NCBI GenBank assembly: GCA_963663545.1
Contig: OY760505.1
Location: 1,024,001-1,088,000, forward strand
Source: Candidatus Delongbacteria bacterium
GTDB taxonomy: Bacteria > CAIWAD01
Length of the DNA stretch: 64,000 nucleotides
Reading direction: 5' to 3'
Shown here: positions 1-10,171 of the stretch, one piece after another
Position numbering within the stretch: the stretch's first letter is position 1
How the letters are laid out: every line of letters begins with the position of its first letter
Made by a program: the position numbers and the translations under genes
The notes under the pieces: model-generated
Database searches by the model: none
What the model saw: only the letters and a program-made list of their open reading frames with translations
Told to the model about the DNA's origin: nothing

Positions 1-333
1 TCGCCTGCAAAGGGGGTCCCCTTTTTCTTTCCAGGGCTCCGACACTTGTCTACCCCTGCGGTCGGCACAGGTCTGCGCACAAATAGCCCGCGCAGCGCAG
101 TATAGGAGTACTTGAATGTTCTGTCCAACGAATCACCAATCAAATGATTGCAATATCAGCATTTACGATAGATCCAGGCAAAGAGATTGGACAGAACTTC
201 TGAGTACTCCTATAACCTCATTCGTCGTCGATCCTGTTGCCGGAGGGCTCAGCGCAACCTGACGATGCACTCGTAGCAGGGAATGCCGGTACAAGACACC
301 TGGCGTTTGCTTCGCATCCGGCACCCGACAGGC

Positions 334-369
334 AAACAAAAGCCCCGGATCCATCACGGACCCGGGGCC
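334..369 (-). terminator. Rho-independent terminator of the minus-strand nuo/ogt/transporter unit
   Basis: Minus strand reads GCCCCGGGTCC-gtgat-GGATCCGGGGC followed by TTTTGTTT, about 25 nt after the stop at 394. Confidence 0.75.
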
Positions 370-393
370 TGGCAGTCAAGAACGAAAGCGGAT

Positions 394-1989
394 CTAGAAG
401 AAGATCAGCGTATCAAGAATGAAGACTGGAATCAGGATTCCCACCGACCACAACATGTAGCCGAAGAAGCTGGGCATTTTGACGCCGCGCTGCTCCGCAA
501 TGGATTTCACCATGAAGTTGGGCGCGTTGCCGATGTAGGTGTTGGCACCCATGAATACCGCGCCGCAGCTGATGGCGAGCAAAGTGGTGGCGCCTTCCAT
601 CAACAAGGGCACGGCCTGCGCTTCGGCCATTCCGGGGAATTGCTGGCCCAGCGCGGTGTTGAAGAAGGTGAGGTAGGTGGGGGCATTGTCCAGGAAGGAG
701 GACAAAGCGCCCGTGACCCAGAAATAGCTCGCCGTGTCGCTGACCCGCTCCACAATGAAGCCCAAGGCACCTTCGGTACCGGCACGTAGGATTTCCAGTG
801 CGGGAATGATGGTCATGAAAATGCCAGCGAAGACATAGGCCACTTCCTGAATGGGGAACCAGTTGAACTCGTTGGCCTCGCGGGTCGCCTTGGCGGTCAG
901 CTTAAGGGAAACCCAGGCCATGAGCAGAATGAACAAATCGCGAACCAGGTTGATGTACGGCAGCACCAGCGGGTGGGCGCCCCCCATCAGCGTAATGCCC
1001 TTGGCAGCGTGATGCGCCTGATCGTAGAAGGCGGGGTGATGATTGAAGGAGCCCGAGAAGATCACGGCACCCACAATGCCCAGCAACATCAGGAAGTTGA
1101 TGCCGCCTTCAAGACGCAGGGGATCCTTTTCGCCCTCGTCACTGATCTGCTCCTTCTTCATCAGCACGGTGTCGATGATAAAGAACACCACCAGCAACAC
1201 GACCACGTTGACGAGCATGGGCATGAAGCAGCGCAGGGTCCAGAAGAACTTGACGCCATGCAGGAAGCCCAAGAAAAGCGGAGGATCGCCAATGGGCGTC
1301 AGCGAGCCACCGATGTTGGCGACAAGGAAGATGAAGAAGATGACCGAATGCACGCGATAACGGCGCTTCTCATTGCTCTTGAGCAGCGGACGGATGAGCA
1401 GCATGGCGCTGCCGGTGGTACCGATCCAGCTTGACAGCAGTGTGCCGATGAGCAGAATGCCCGTGTTGACAATGGGCGTACCCGCCAATTTTCCCTTGAC
1501 CGCAATGCCACCGGCAACCGTGAACAGGCCGAACAACAGAATGATGAAAGGAATGTAATCCACCACGTAGATGTGTAGAATGGCGTGCAGGGCCGTGTGG
1601 GTACCGTAGGCAATCCAGAAGGGGACCGCGAAGAGCAGTGCCCAGAAGGCGGCCACTTTGCCGAAGTTATGATGATAGAAATGCGGTTTGGCCAGCGGAA
1701 TAACTGCGATGGAAAGCAGGATGCCCACAAAGGGGATCACACTCCACAAGGGCAGGCGCTGTCCAAGTGGCAACTCGTGCGTCTCGCCATCGTGCAGACT
1801 GCCGTGAGCCTGCTCGTGTTCCTGCGCATGAGTGTCCACCTGCTGATGATCGCCACCTTCACCGGCGTGCTCTACGTGCACATTCTGTGCATGTTCTTCT
1901 GCCGCCAGCAGGGATGCATTTCCGCTGTTGCCCAGCAGGGGCAGAAACAGCAACAGAGCCACGCACCACAAGGGTATCAGACGCTTCAT
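394..1989 (-). CDS. Putative citrate/Na+:H+ antiporter-like transporter (CitMHS/IT superfamily) with His-rich N-terminal extension
   Basis: Many TM helices; motifs NIGGSLTPIGDPPLFLGF, LSSFLDNAPTY and GANTYIGNAPNFMVK; start taken as MKRLIP with GGAGG RBS, overlapping the ogt stop (ATGA). Confidence 0.8.
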   Translation of the reverse strand: MKRLIPLWCVALLLFLPLLGNSGNASLLAAEEHAQNVHVEHAGEGGDHQQVDTHAQEHEQAHGSLHDGETHELPLGQRLPLWSVIPFVGILLSIAVIPLAKPHFYHHNFGKVAAFWALLFAVPFWIAYGTHTALHAILHIYVVDYIPFIILLFGLFTVAGGIAVKGKLAGTPIVNTGILLIGTLLSSWIGTTGSAMLLIRPLLKSNEKRRYRVHSVIFFIFLVANIGGSLTPIGDPPLFLGFLHGVKFFWTLRCFMPMLVNVVVLLVVFFIIDTVLMKKEQISDEGEKDPLRLEGGINFLMLLGIVGAVIFSGSFNHHPAFYDQAHHAAKGITLMGGAHPLVLPYINLVRDLFILLMAWVSLKLTAKATREANEFNWFPIQEVAYVFAGIFMTIIPALEILRAGTEGALGFIVERVSDTASYFWVTGALSSFLDNAPTYLTFFNTALGQQFPGMAEAQAVPLLMEGATTLLAISCGAVFMGANTYIGNAPNFMVKSIAEQRGVKMPSFFGYMLWSVGILIPVFILDTLIFF

Positions 1990-2555
1990 GAATCCTCCCG
2001 TCTCCATAAATCGAACACCTGACGCTGCCAGCCCTCATGAGCCAGCAAACGGGCCTTCCACTCCAAGCCCAATGCAAATCCGCCCACTCCACCGTTGTGA
2101 TACACAACGCGGTGACAGGGAAGCAGAATCGGCAAGGGATTGGCTCCCACCGCACCCGCCACGGCACGAACCGCAGTAGGGCAACTCAGTTTTCCGGCCA
2201 GATCAGCGTAGCTCAGTTGTTCTCCAAAGGGGATCTGAGCCAGTGCCAGCCAGACTTGCTGCTGAAAGAGCGTGCCGTAAAGTCGCAAAACCTTTTGGCT
2301 GGTCCACTGTTTAGCGCTGAAATAGTCGTCAAACCACGATTGTATCACAGCGGGAGTATCACAGTGATACACCTGGTGCGATCCAAGCCGTTTGAGAAAG
2401 CCCTTTGCTGGGCGCTGACGTATTTCCGGGCACTTGTACTTTGGTGCCAGCCAAATTGGATAGGTCGCGCCATCCTCATCTCGCTCAAACCAGAGCGAAA
2501 GAGGCCCGAATGGACATTCCACCTGGGCCTCGAAAATGTCTTTTGTGTGATTCAT
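1986..2555 (-). CDS. ogt: Methylated-DNA--protein-cysteine methyltransferase
   Basis: Active-site PCHRV, AVRAVAGAVGANP, GTLFQQQVW, IPFGEQLSY. Confidence 0.92.
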   Translation of the reverse strand: MNHTKDIFEAQVECPFGPLSLWFERDEDGATYPIWLAPKYKCPEIRQRPAKGFLKRLGSHQVYHCDTPAVIQSWFDDYFSAKQWTSQKVLRLYGTLFQQQVWLALAQIPFGEQLSYADLAGKLSCPTAVRAVAGAVGANPLPILLPCHRVVYHNGGVGGFALGLEWKARLLAHEGWQRQVFDLWRREDS

Positions 2556-2584
2556 CCTACTCCTCTACGGAGTCGAAGACACAT

Positions 2585-4015
2585 CTACAGCGTGATACTT
2601 CCGCAGAGTTCCAACCATAGCCCCGGCCAAATGCCCAGCACAAGCAAGGCGATGCCCGCTAGACTGGCCGTTACCAGCAATCCGCGGTCGAAGGGCAAGG
2701 TCTGAATTTCCTGCTCAGAATCACGGAACCAGGCAAAGACCACGACACGCAAGTAGTAGTACACGCTGAGCACACTCGCCAGAATACCCAGGACGGCCAA
2801 GCCGGTGTAGCGTAATTCCACCGCAGATGAAAAGAGCCAGAACTTGCCGAGGAAACCAGCCAAGGGCGGAATGCCCGCCAGCGACAACAGAAATACGGTC
2901 AAGAGCACGGCCACCCATGGATGACGCCGCCCCAGGCCGCGAACCTCTTCAATGTGATAGCTGCCGCCGCCCTCGCGTGTTACTTCTGCTGCGAGCAGAA
3001 AGAGACTAACGTTGGCCAGCGCGTAGGGTAGCAGATAGAACAGCACCGCCTGCAGGCCTTCGCCAGTGGCAACGGTGAGTCCAAGTGTCAGATAACCAGC
3101 GTGTGCTACAGCCGACCAGCCCAGCATGCGCTTTACGTTGTCCTGCGGCAGAGCGATAAGGTTGCCCACAACCATCGTCAATGCGGCCGCCACCGCCAAC
3201 AAGAGCATCCACCACGCCTGCTGTCCTTCGAGGCCAGCGATCAGCAAGCGACCGAAACCGGCGAAAGCCGCCGCCTTGGCTGCCGTACTCATGAAAGCAG
3301 TCACGGGAGCGCTGCTACCCTGATAGACATCGGGCACCCACTGATGGAAAGGCACTGCGCCCACTTTGAAGAGCAGGCCAGCCAGCACCAGTACGAGTCC
3401 ACCAGCAGCGGCGGGATCCATACCGCTCTGCGCCAGGCCTTGGCTTAGCCCTGCAAACCGTAGCGTACCGGAAGCGGCAAAGAGCAAGGCCATGCCAAAC
3501 AGAAGCAGCGCGCTGGCAAAAGATCCGGTAATGAAATACTTGATGGCAGCCTCGCGCCCGCTCAGGCGTCCCGCCAGCAGTCCTGCCATGCCGTAAAGGG
3601 CAAGGGAAAGCACTTCGATGCCGAGAAACAAAGTGACCAGATCGCCGGCAGACGCCAGCGCCAGCATTCCCGCTGCGGCAAACAGACTCAGGCCGTGATA
3701 CTCGGTCTGCGGTAAATGACGTCGACGGATCGCACCGTCAGCGGCCACTTGCAACATGAGTAATACAATCAGCACCACCAGGCGTGCAGCCGTGCTAAGC
3801 GCGTCCAGGCTCGCAGAACCCGCCATTGCCGGGCCCCCGGAACCTAGGGGATGCAGGCTGACGCCTAGTGCAACCAGAGTGATCAGCAAGGCTACCAGAC
3901 GTGGCAGCTGTGACTCCGCACGACTAAAGGCACCCACAAGCAAAAGCAGCAACCCGCCGCCGGCCAGCAGGAATTCCGGCATCAAGCCGGGCAGATTCAT
4001 TTGCATCCAATCCAT
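2585..4015 (-). CDS. nuoN: NADH-quinone oxidoreductase subunit N
   Basis: EAAIKYFITGS, FKVGAVPFHQWVPDVYQG, SLAGIPPLAGFLGKF; start set at MDWMQM. Confidence 0.92.
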   Translation of the reverse strand: MDWMQMNLPGLMPEFLLAGGGLLLLLVGAFSRAESQLPRLVALLITLVALGVSLHPLGSGGPAMAGSASLDALSTAARLVVLIVLLMLQVAADGAIRRRHLPQTEYHGLSLFAAAGMLALASAGDLVTLFLGIEVLSLALYGMAGLLAGRLSGREAAIKYFITGSFASALLLFGMALLFAASGTLRFAGLSQGLAQSGMDPAAAGGLVLVLAGLLFKVGAVPFHQWVPDVYQGSSAPVTAFMSTAAKAAAFAGFGRLLIAGLEGQQAWWMLLLAVAAALTMVVGNLIALPQDNVKRMLGWSAVAHAGYLTLGLTVATGEGLQAVLFYLLPYALANVSLFLLAAEVTREGGGSYHIEEVRGLGRRHPWVAVLLTVFLLSLAGIPPLAGFLGKFWLFSSAVELRYTGLAVLGILASVLSVYYYLRVVVFAWFRDSEQEIQTLPFDRGLLVTASLAGIALLVLGIWPGLWLELCGSITL

Positions 4016-4091
4016 GCGATTCTCTCGTCCTTTTTCGTCGCAGGCTCCGGTACTCGTATCACACATCTACCCGTGATACGTACTCGCACTC

Positions 4092-5573
4092 CTACTGCAG
4101 CATCTGCAGCGTGGCTGACACGGCGGGCTCAATTCGCTCAAGTAGCGGATCAGGCCAAACGCCCAGTACGAGCATCAGCAACATCAGCGGTACAAAGACC
4201 AGCCATTCACGCAGATTCAGATCGCCAAGGGCAGAGTTCTTGGGATTGTCCAGCGGCCCGAAGAGCACACGCTGCACCATCCACAGCAGATAAACTGCGG
4301 CGAAGATTACACCGGTTGCGGCCAAGCTGGCGGCCATCGGGTGACTCTGGAACGCACCCAGCAGCGTAAGGAACTCGCCGACGAATCCGTTGAGTCCAGG
4401 CAGACCGATTGAGGCCAGCGCCAGAAAGACCAAGACAAACGCGTAGCCGGGCATGGATCGCGCAAGACCACCGAACTCGGCAATCATGCGCGTGTGACGC
4501 CGCTCGTAGATTACGCCAACGGCAAGAAAGAGCGCGCCGGTGGTGATACCATGATTGACCATTTGTAACACGGCACCGCTGGCTCCCTGGCTGTTGAGCG
4601 CGAATAGACCGAGTGTCACAAAACCCATGTGTGACACAGAACTATACGCCACCAGTTTCTTCATGTCCTGCTGGACAATCGAGACCCAGGCACCGTAGAG
4701 AATGCCGATTACGGACAAGGCCACCAAGAGCGGCAATGCGGCGTGTAGTGCGTCGGGGAACAGCGGCATGGCGAAGCGCAACAGGCCGTACGTGCCCATT
4801 TTCAGTAACACACCCGCCAGAATCACACTGCCACCGGTGGGCGCTTCAACGTGCGCATCCGGCAACCAGGTGTGAAAGGGAAACATGGGCACCTTGATGG
4901 CGAAGGCCAGCACAAAGGCGGCCAGCAGCCAGCGCTGCAAACCGGGGGCGAGCACATTGTAGCGGTAGATCTCTAGCAGGTTGAAGCTGTGGCCCCCCGC
5001 GGGCAGATGCGTGTTCCAATAGAGAAACAAGATGGCGATGAGCATCAGCACCGAACCGGCCATGGTGTAGAGGAAGAATTTCACCGCTGCATAAATGCGG
5101 CGTTGTCCACCCCAGATACCGATGAGGAAATACATCGGGATCAGCACCAGCTCCCAGAAGACATAGAACAGAATCAGATCCAGCGCAACGAAAACACCGA
5201 CCATACCCACGGTTAGCAAAAAGAACATGGCGAGGTAGGCTTTCAGGTGACGCTCCTCGCGCCAGGTGCCCACAATAACCACGGGAAGCAGCAGCGTTGT
5301 CAGCAACACCAGCATCAGGCTGATGCCATCAAGGCCCATGTGGAATTGGGCATGTAACACAGGCAGCCATTCGGCTTGTATCACAAACTGCATGTGACCC
5401 GCATCCGCCACCGAGAAGGCCGTCCACAGCGGTATGGATAGCCCGAACTCGACGAGCCCCAGCAGCAGCGCCGTCCAGCGTAGAAGTCCTTTCGCGCTGG
5501 CTGGCATTAACAACAGAATCAGCATTGCCAGCAGGGGAAAGAAGGTTACCAGAGGCAGGATATACTCGCTCAT
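4092..5573 (-). CDS. nuoM: NADH-quinone oxidoreductase subunit M
   Basis: AAVKFFLYT, AIKVPMFPFHTWLPDAHVEAPT, LLKMGTYG, KKLVAYSSVSHMG. Confidence 0.95.
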   Translation of the reverse strand: MSEYILPLVTFFPLLAMLILLLMPASAKGLLRWTALLLGLVEFGLSIPLWTAFSVADAGHMQFVIQAEWLPVLHAQFHMGLDGISLMLVLLTTLLLPVVIVGTWREERHLKAYLAMFFLLTVGMVGVFVALDLILFYVFWELVLIPMYFLIGIWGGQRRIYAAVKFFLYTMAGSVLMLIAILFLYWNTHLPAGGHSFNLLEIYRYNVLAPGLQRWLLAAFVLAFAIKVPMFPFHTWLPDAHVEAPTGGSVILAGVLLKMGTYGLLRFAMPLFPDALHAALPLLVALSVIGILYGAWVSIVQQDMKKLVAYSSVSHMGFVTLGLFALNSQGASGAVLQMVNHGITTGALFLAVGVIYERRHTRMIAEFGGLARSMPGYAFVLVFLALASIGLPGLNGFVGEFLTLLGAFQSHPMAASLAATGVIFAAVYLLWMVQRVLFGPLDNPKNSALGDLNLREWLVFVPLMLLMLVLGVWPDPLLERIEPAVSATLQMLQ

Positions 5574-5592
5574 GATTGCGTCCCGTTTTGGC

Positions 5593-7563
5593 TCAGAAAC
5601 AGCAGATCCAGGCCAGGGCCAAGGCGGCCCCTGCAGCCATCACCGTTAAATAGACGGGCAATGTACCAGCCTGCGTCACTCTTGTTGCACGGCCGAGTCG
5701 TGCACACAATGCAGCAGTACCATTGACAGCTCCATCTATTACTGCAACATCCACGAATTTCCAGCAGGCAGTGCAGAGTTGATGAACAGGACGTATCACG
5801 GCACCCTCATACAACTCGTCGACGTACCATTTGTGATACAAGACCGCTGCAAGTCCGCGTGTCGGCTCTGCAAGTTTGGGTTGCTGTCCGTACTTGCGCC
5901 GTGCGAGCCATAAACCACCCAACGCCACCACAACCGACAACAGCATCAGCCCCCATTCAAGGGAAGCGCTTCCGTGAGCAGAGTGGCCGTGAAGATGCTC
6001 AGCATGCGCAAAGACCGGCTCTAACCAGATTTCGAAGCGATTGCCCATGTGGGCAAAATCGAGGATGTGCGGGAGTCCCCAGAATCCGGCGATGGTGGAC
6101 AAAACAGCCAGCACCATCAGCGGGAAGGTCATAACCAAGGGATTCTCGTGCAGGTGTTTGTCCTCGCCGGGCTTGCCGCGATGCTTGCCGGTAAAAGTCA
6201 GAATGAGCAAGCGGAACATGTAGAAGCTGGTGAGAGCGGCTGTGATCAGCGCGATAGCGTAAAGGAACCAATGTCCTCGTGCAAAGGCCTGCCAGAGAAT
6301 CTCATCTTTCGAGAAGAAGCCAGCAAAAGGCGGAATGCCCGTAATGGCCAAAGTACCCGCCAGGAAAGTCCAGTACGTGATGGGCATGTGACACCGCAAT
6401 CCGCCCATATTGCGCATATCCTGTGGATCACGCTTGTGATCGCCGACCTCGTGATACACATGATGCATAGCATGAATCACGGCACCGGCTCCAAGGAAGA
6501 GCAGGGCTTTGAAAAAGGCATGTGTCACTACATGGAACAGGCCGGTTGAAAAGGCTCCTACTCCCATTGCCAGGAACATATAACCGAGCTGTGACACAGT
6601 GGAGTATGCCAGCACTTTCTTGATATCGTACTGCGTCAGTGCAATGGTGGCCGCAAAGAGCGCCGTCAAGGCCCCTACAACGGCCACCGTTGTCATGGCA
6701 AGGGGCGACAGCAGAAAGATCAAATGCGTGCGCGCCAGCAGATAGAGGCCAGCGGTTACCATGGTTGCGGCGTGAATCAATGCGCTAACGGGCGTGGGGC
6801 CAGCCATGGCGTCCGGAAGCCAGACGTAGAGTGGAATCTGCGCACTCTTGCCCGTCGCGCCCAGAAAGAGCAGCAACGCTACCGCAGTTGGCAACCAGTG
6901 GCCAACGTGGAAGTGCGCGATCGCATCGTTAATGGCAGGATAATCGAGTACGTGCAGATGTTTGAAGAGGAAGAACATGGCGAGCAGGAAGCCGAAATCG
7001 CCAATGCGGTTGACGATGAAAGCCTTCTTACCAGCACTGGCCTTGGCCTTGTCTTCGAACCAGAAGCCGATGAGCAGATAGGAGCAAAGCCCGACGCCTT
7101 CCCAGCCCAGGAAAGTGACCAGCAGATTGCCTCCCAGCACCAGCGTCAACATGCTGAAGCAGAACAGGTTGAGGTAGGCAAAATAGCGTGCGAACCCGCT
7201 GTCGCCCTTCATGTAGCCGATGCTGTAAAGGTGAATCAGCGTGGCAACACCTGTCACGAACAGCAGATAGACCATGGAGAGCGGATCAAGCAGAAGCGTC
7301 CACTGCAGCGAGAGCGAGCCGACGCTGATCCAGTCGGCGACATGCACTAGAATCTCTCTGGATTCCACAGGGAGCGCGCTCAGTCGCCCGAACAGAAGCA
7401 AGGAAAGCGCAAAAGAGGCGCCCACGGCACACGTAGCCAGCAGCCCACTGAGGGTATGCCCGAGCTTCCTGCCGACCAATGCATTTAGTGCGGCACCAGC
7501 CAGAGGCAAGAGCGGCACCAGCAACAGCAGGGTGGTCATACTGGAAGTATCGATGTGTTCCAT
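5593..7563 (-). CDS. nuoL: NADH-quinone oxidoreductase subunit L
   Basis: GWEGVGLCSYLLIGFW, GKSAQIPLYVWLPDAMAGPTPVSALIHAATMV, HAFFKALLFL. Confidence 0.95.
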   Translation of the reverse strand: MEHIDTSSMTTLLLLVPLLPLAGAALNALVGRKLGHTLSGLLATCAVGASFALSLLLFGRLSALPVESREILVHVADWISVGSLSLQWTLLLDPLSMVYLLFVTGVATLIHLYSIGYMKGDSGFARYFAYLNLFCFSMLTLVLGGNLLVTFLGWEGVGLCSYLLIGFWFEDKAKASAGKKAFIVNRIGDFGFLLAMFFLFKHLHVLDYPAINDAIAHFHVGHWLPTAVALLLFLGATGKSAQIPLYVWLPDAMAGPTPVSALIHAATMVTAGLYLLARTHLIFLLSPLAMTTVAVVGALTALFAATIALTQYDIKKVLAYSTVSQLGYMFLAMGVGAFSTGLFHVVTHAFFKALLFLGAGAVIHAMHHVYHEVGDHKRDPQDMRNMGGLRCHMPITYWTFLAGTLAITGIPPFAGFFSKDEILWQAFARGHWFLYAIALITAALTSFYMFRLLILTFTGKHRGKPGEDKHLHENPLVMTFPLMVLAVLSTIAGFWGLPHILDFAHMGNRFEIWLEPVFAHAEHLHGHSAHGSASLEWGLMLLSVVVALGGLWLARRKYGQQPKLAEPTRGLAAVLYHKWYVDELYEGAVIRPVHQLCTACWKFVDVAVIDGAVNGTAALCARLGRATRVTQAGTLPVYLTVMAAGAALALAWICCF

Positions 7564-7584
7564 CCCGGTATCCTGTTTGTCTAA

Positions 7585-7890
7585 CTAGTGCCTGAAATAC
7601 TTGATGCGGTCGATGTGACTGCTACCATGCCGGCGAACGAGTAGAACGACCAACGCCAGTCCCACTGCCACTTCAGCAGCAGCCACAGTCATGGAAAAGA
7701 AGGCCAACAACTGACCGTCCATGGAAGCGTGATAGCGCGCTGCGGCGATTAGCAGCAGATTGGAAGCGTTCAGCATCAGTTCGACACCCATCAGCACGAC
7801 CAACATGTTGCGACGAACCAACACGGCAATGGCACCCGTGCCAAAAAGCATGATTGCCAGCAGCATGAAGTGTTTAAGTCCCAGCATCAT
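7585..7890 (-). CDS. nuoK: NADH-quinone oxidoreductase subunit K
   Basis: RRNMLVVLMGVELMLN, TVAAAEVAVGLAL; position between nuoJ and nuoL. Confidence 0.93.
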   Translation of the reverse strand: MMLGLKHFMLLAIMLFGTGAIAVLVRRNMLVVLMGVELMLNASNLLLIAAARYHASMDGQLLAFFSMTVAAAEVAVGLALVVLLVRRHGSSHIDRIKYFRH

Positions 7891-8411
7891 CAGGCTTCAC
7901 CTCCTGGTTTGGCGTGCCTGGCATGGCGGGCAAGAGCCAGCGCAGCAATCATGGCAACCAGCAGCAAGATGCCGGCAAGCTCAAAGGGCCACAACCACCG
8001 TTGGTACAGCAGGCTGCCAAAAGCCTCTACAGTGCCGAAGCCCTCCTGCAACACGGCGCTAGGCAGTAGGCCGATTCCCCGCAGAGTCCCGGCCAACGCG
8101 ACCATCAGGCCAGCGCCCACCAGCGCAAAGAACCAGCGTCGTTTTGGGTAGGGTAGGCGTACGCCGGGAAGGGTCCCGCGCAGGTCAAGCAGCATCATCA
8201 CGAAGAGGAAGAGCACAAGTACAGCGCCCGCATAGACAAGCAGTTGCACTACAGCCAGGAACCAGGCGTGCAGCAGCAGGTAGTGTCCGGCCAAAGCAAT
8301 CATGGTCAGCAGCAGGGCCAGTGCACAATCCACAGGGCTCCGCCGCACAACCACCAGCACGGCCCCGGTCAGGGCCAAAAGGCTGAGCAGCCAGAAAAGC
8401 AAGACCTCCAA
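7890..8411 (-). CDS. nuoJ: NADH-quinone oxidoreductase subunit J
   Basis: QLLVYAGAVLVLFLFVMML, WPFELAGILLLVAMIAA; probable TTG start at 8411 with AGGAG RBS (ORF track over-extends into nuoF). Confidence 0.9.
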   Translation of the reverse strand: MEVLLFWLLSLLALTGAVLVVVRRSPVDCALALLLTMIALAGHYLLLHAWFLAVVQLLVYAGAVLVLFLFVMMLLDLRGTLPGVRLPYPKRRWFFALVGAGLMVALAGTLRGIGLLPSAVLQEGFGTVEAFGSLLYQRWLWPFELAGILLLVAMIAALALARHARHAKPGGEA

Positions 8412-8427
8412 GGCAGTCTCCTTTTGC

Positions 8428-9681
8428 TTAGCGCACCAGCGCTTCCCACTCATTGCGGAAGCGCGTGATAGAGGAACGAACCGGTCCCGTGGCCGCATCG
8501 CCCAGGGCGCAAATGGTCCGGAAGCTGATGCGATCGCAGATCTCCAACAGCAGGTCAATATCCTTGCGATGGCCCTGGCCTTGCACCAGACGCTGAATGA
8601 TTTCATTCATCCAGTGAGTACCTTCACGGCAGGGCGTGCACTGACCACAGCTCTCATGAGCGTAGAAATGAGCCAGATTGGCCACCACGTGCGGAATCGA
8701 CACGCTTTCATCCATCACAATGACACCGCCAGAGCCGAGCATAGTACCCGCCGCCTGGCAGCCTTCGTAATCCAGCTTCAGCTCCCGGCATTCGTCCGCC
8801 GTCAACATGGGCACCGAACTGCCACCAGGAATGACGGCTTTAAGTTTGCGACCGTTAAGTACTCCGCCGCAGTCCTCCTCCAGCAAAGCCATCAGGGGCG
8901 TGCCCAAGCGCACTTCATACACACCGGGCCGGTTCACATGACCGCTGACCGAAAACAGTTTCGTCCCCGGGCTGGCCTGTGTACCCAGGCCGATGTACCA
9001 ATCGGCGCCATGCTGCAAGATGGGCGGCAATGCGGCCAGCGTCTCAACATTGTTGATGATGGTAGGACAGCCGTAAAGGCCCTCAACAGCGGGAAAGGGC
9101 GGTTTGTTGCGCGGCAGACCGCGACGGCCCTCGAGAGAATTCAGCAGCGCGGTTTCTTCTCCGCACACATAAGCACCGGCACCCGGTGATACATGCAGCT
9201 CGAAATCCCAGCCCAGACCCATGGTATTGCGTCCCAGCAGACCCGCCTCCCGGGCTTCGCGAATGGCCTCGGCCACACTGGCCGCCTCATCGCGAAACTC
9301 GCCGCGAATGTATACATAGGCCGTGTGACAACCGATGGCGCGGGCAGCAATGGCCATCCCCTCAACCAGCTGGTGTGGCGCGCGGAGCATGATCTCGCGA
9401 TCTTTGAAGGTACCGGGTTCGCCCTCATCGGCATTACACACCAGATAGACGGGTTTACTGCTCTGCTTGGGTAAAAATCCCCACTTCACTCCGGTGGGAA
9501 AGCCCGCACCGCCACGCCCACGCAGACCGCTGGCTTTGACCAGATCGGTAATCTGCTGCGGCTGCAATTCCTGCAAGGCGCGAAAAAGCTGGCTGTAACC
9601 GCCAGCCGCCTGATACTCATTCAGGCCCTGGCGTCCTTTATGCTGCAGTTGCGGAAAGCAGAGGAATTCACTGCGCATCAC
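8428..9681 (-). CDS. nuoF: NADH-quinone oxidoreductase subunit F
   Basis: SGLRGRGGAGFPTGVKW, NADEGEPGTFKDR, GAGAYVCGEETAL, HESCGQCTPCREG...TICALG. Confidence 0.96.
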   Translation of the reverse strand: MMRSEFLCFPQLQHKGRQGLNEYQAAGGYSQLFRALQELQPQQITDLVKASGLRGRGGAGFPTGVKWGFLPKQSSKPVYLVCNADEGEPGTFKDREIMLRAPHQLVEGMAIAARAIGCHTAYVYIRGEFRDEAASVAEAIREAREAGLLGRNTMGLGWDFELHVSPGAGAYVCGEETALLNSLEGRRGLPRNKPPFPAVEGLYGCPTIINNVETLAALPPILQHGADWYIGLGTQASPGTKLFSVSGHVNRPGVYEVRLGTPLMALLEEDCGGVLNGRKLKAVIPGGSSVPMLTADECRELKLDYEGCQAAGTMLGSGGVIVMDESVSIPHVVANLAHFYAHESCGQCTPCREGTHWMNEIIQRLVQGQGHRKDIDLLLEICDRISFRTICALGDAATGPVRSSITRFRNEWEALVR

Positions 9682-10171
9682 GACCTCCCGCTGCCGTGAG
9701 CTCGTCCAAAAGTGTGGCGAGCTTCTCGACCGTCATCCTTTCGTGATACACGCCATCGATCATGATCGTAGGCGCACCACCGCAGGCTCCAAGGCATTCC
9801 ACCTGTTCCAGCGTGAACTGGCCCTGTGCATCGGTGCCCTCACGGGCTTCACCGAGTTGCAGGCGATTACACAGATACTCCACCAGCTTCTGCTTTCCCA
9901 TCAGATCACAGGAAAGCGTCCGGCACACGCTGATCAAATGGCGACCGACTGCCCTGCGGTGATACATTGTGTAGAAACTGACGACATCGGCAACGTGCAA
10001 GGGTGATACATCCACCAGACGCGCGACCTCTTCAACAACGCCATCGCTGATGAAACCCTCGCGAGCCTGTGCAAGGTGCAGCAGCGGAAGAGTAGCGCTC
10101 ATGCGGCTTGGATAGCGGGCCAGAATGCGTTCCGCCTCTTCAAGCTCCGCAGGTGTGAACTGAAATGACAT
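9668..10171 (-). CDS. nuoE: NADH-quinone oxidoreductase subunit E
   Basis: 2Fe-2S ligands CRTLSC and CLGAC; start at MSFQFT with GGAG RBS. Confidence 0.92.
   Translation of the reverse strand: MSFQFTPAELEEAERILARYPSRMSATLPLLHLAQAREGFISDGVVEEVARLVDVSPLHVADVVSFYTMYHRRAVGRHLISVCRTLSCDLMGKQKLVEYLCNRLQLGEAREGTDAQGQFTLEQVECLGACGGAPTIMIDGVYHERMTVEKLATLLDELTAAGGRDAQ

Noticed and set aside
8302..9189. 295-aa plus-strand ORF
   Set aside because: Antisense shadow of nuoF/nuoJ
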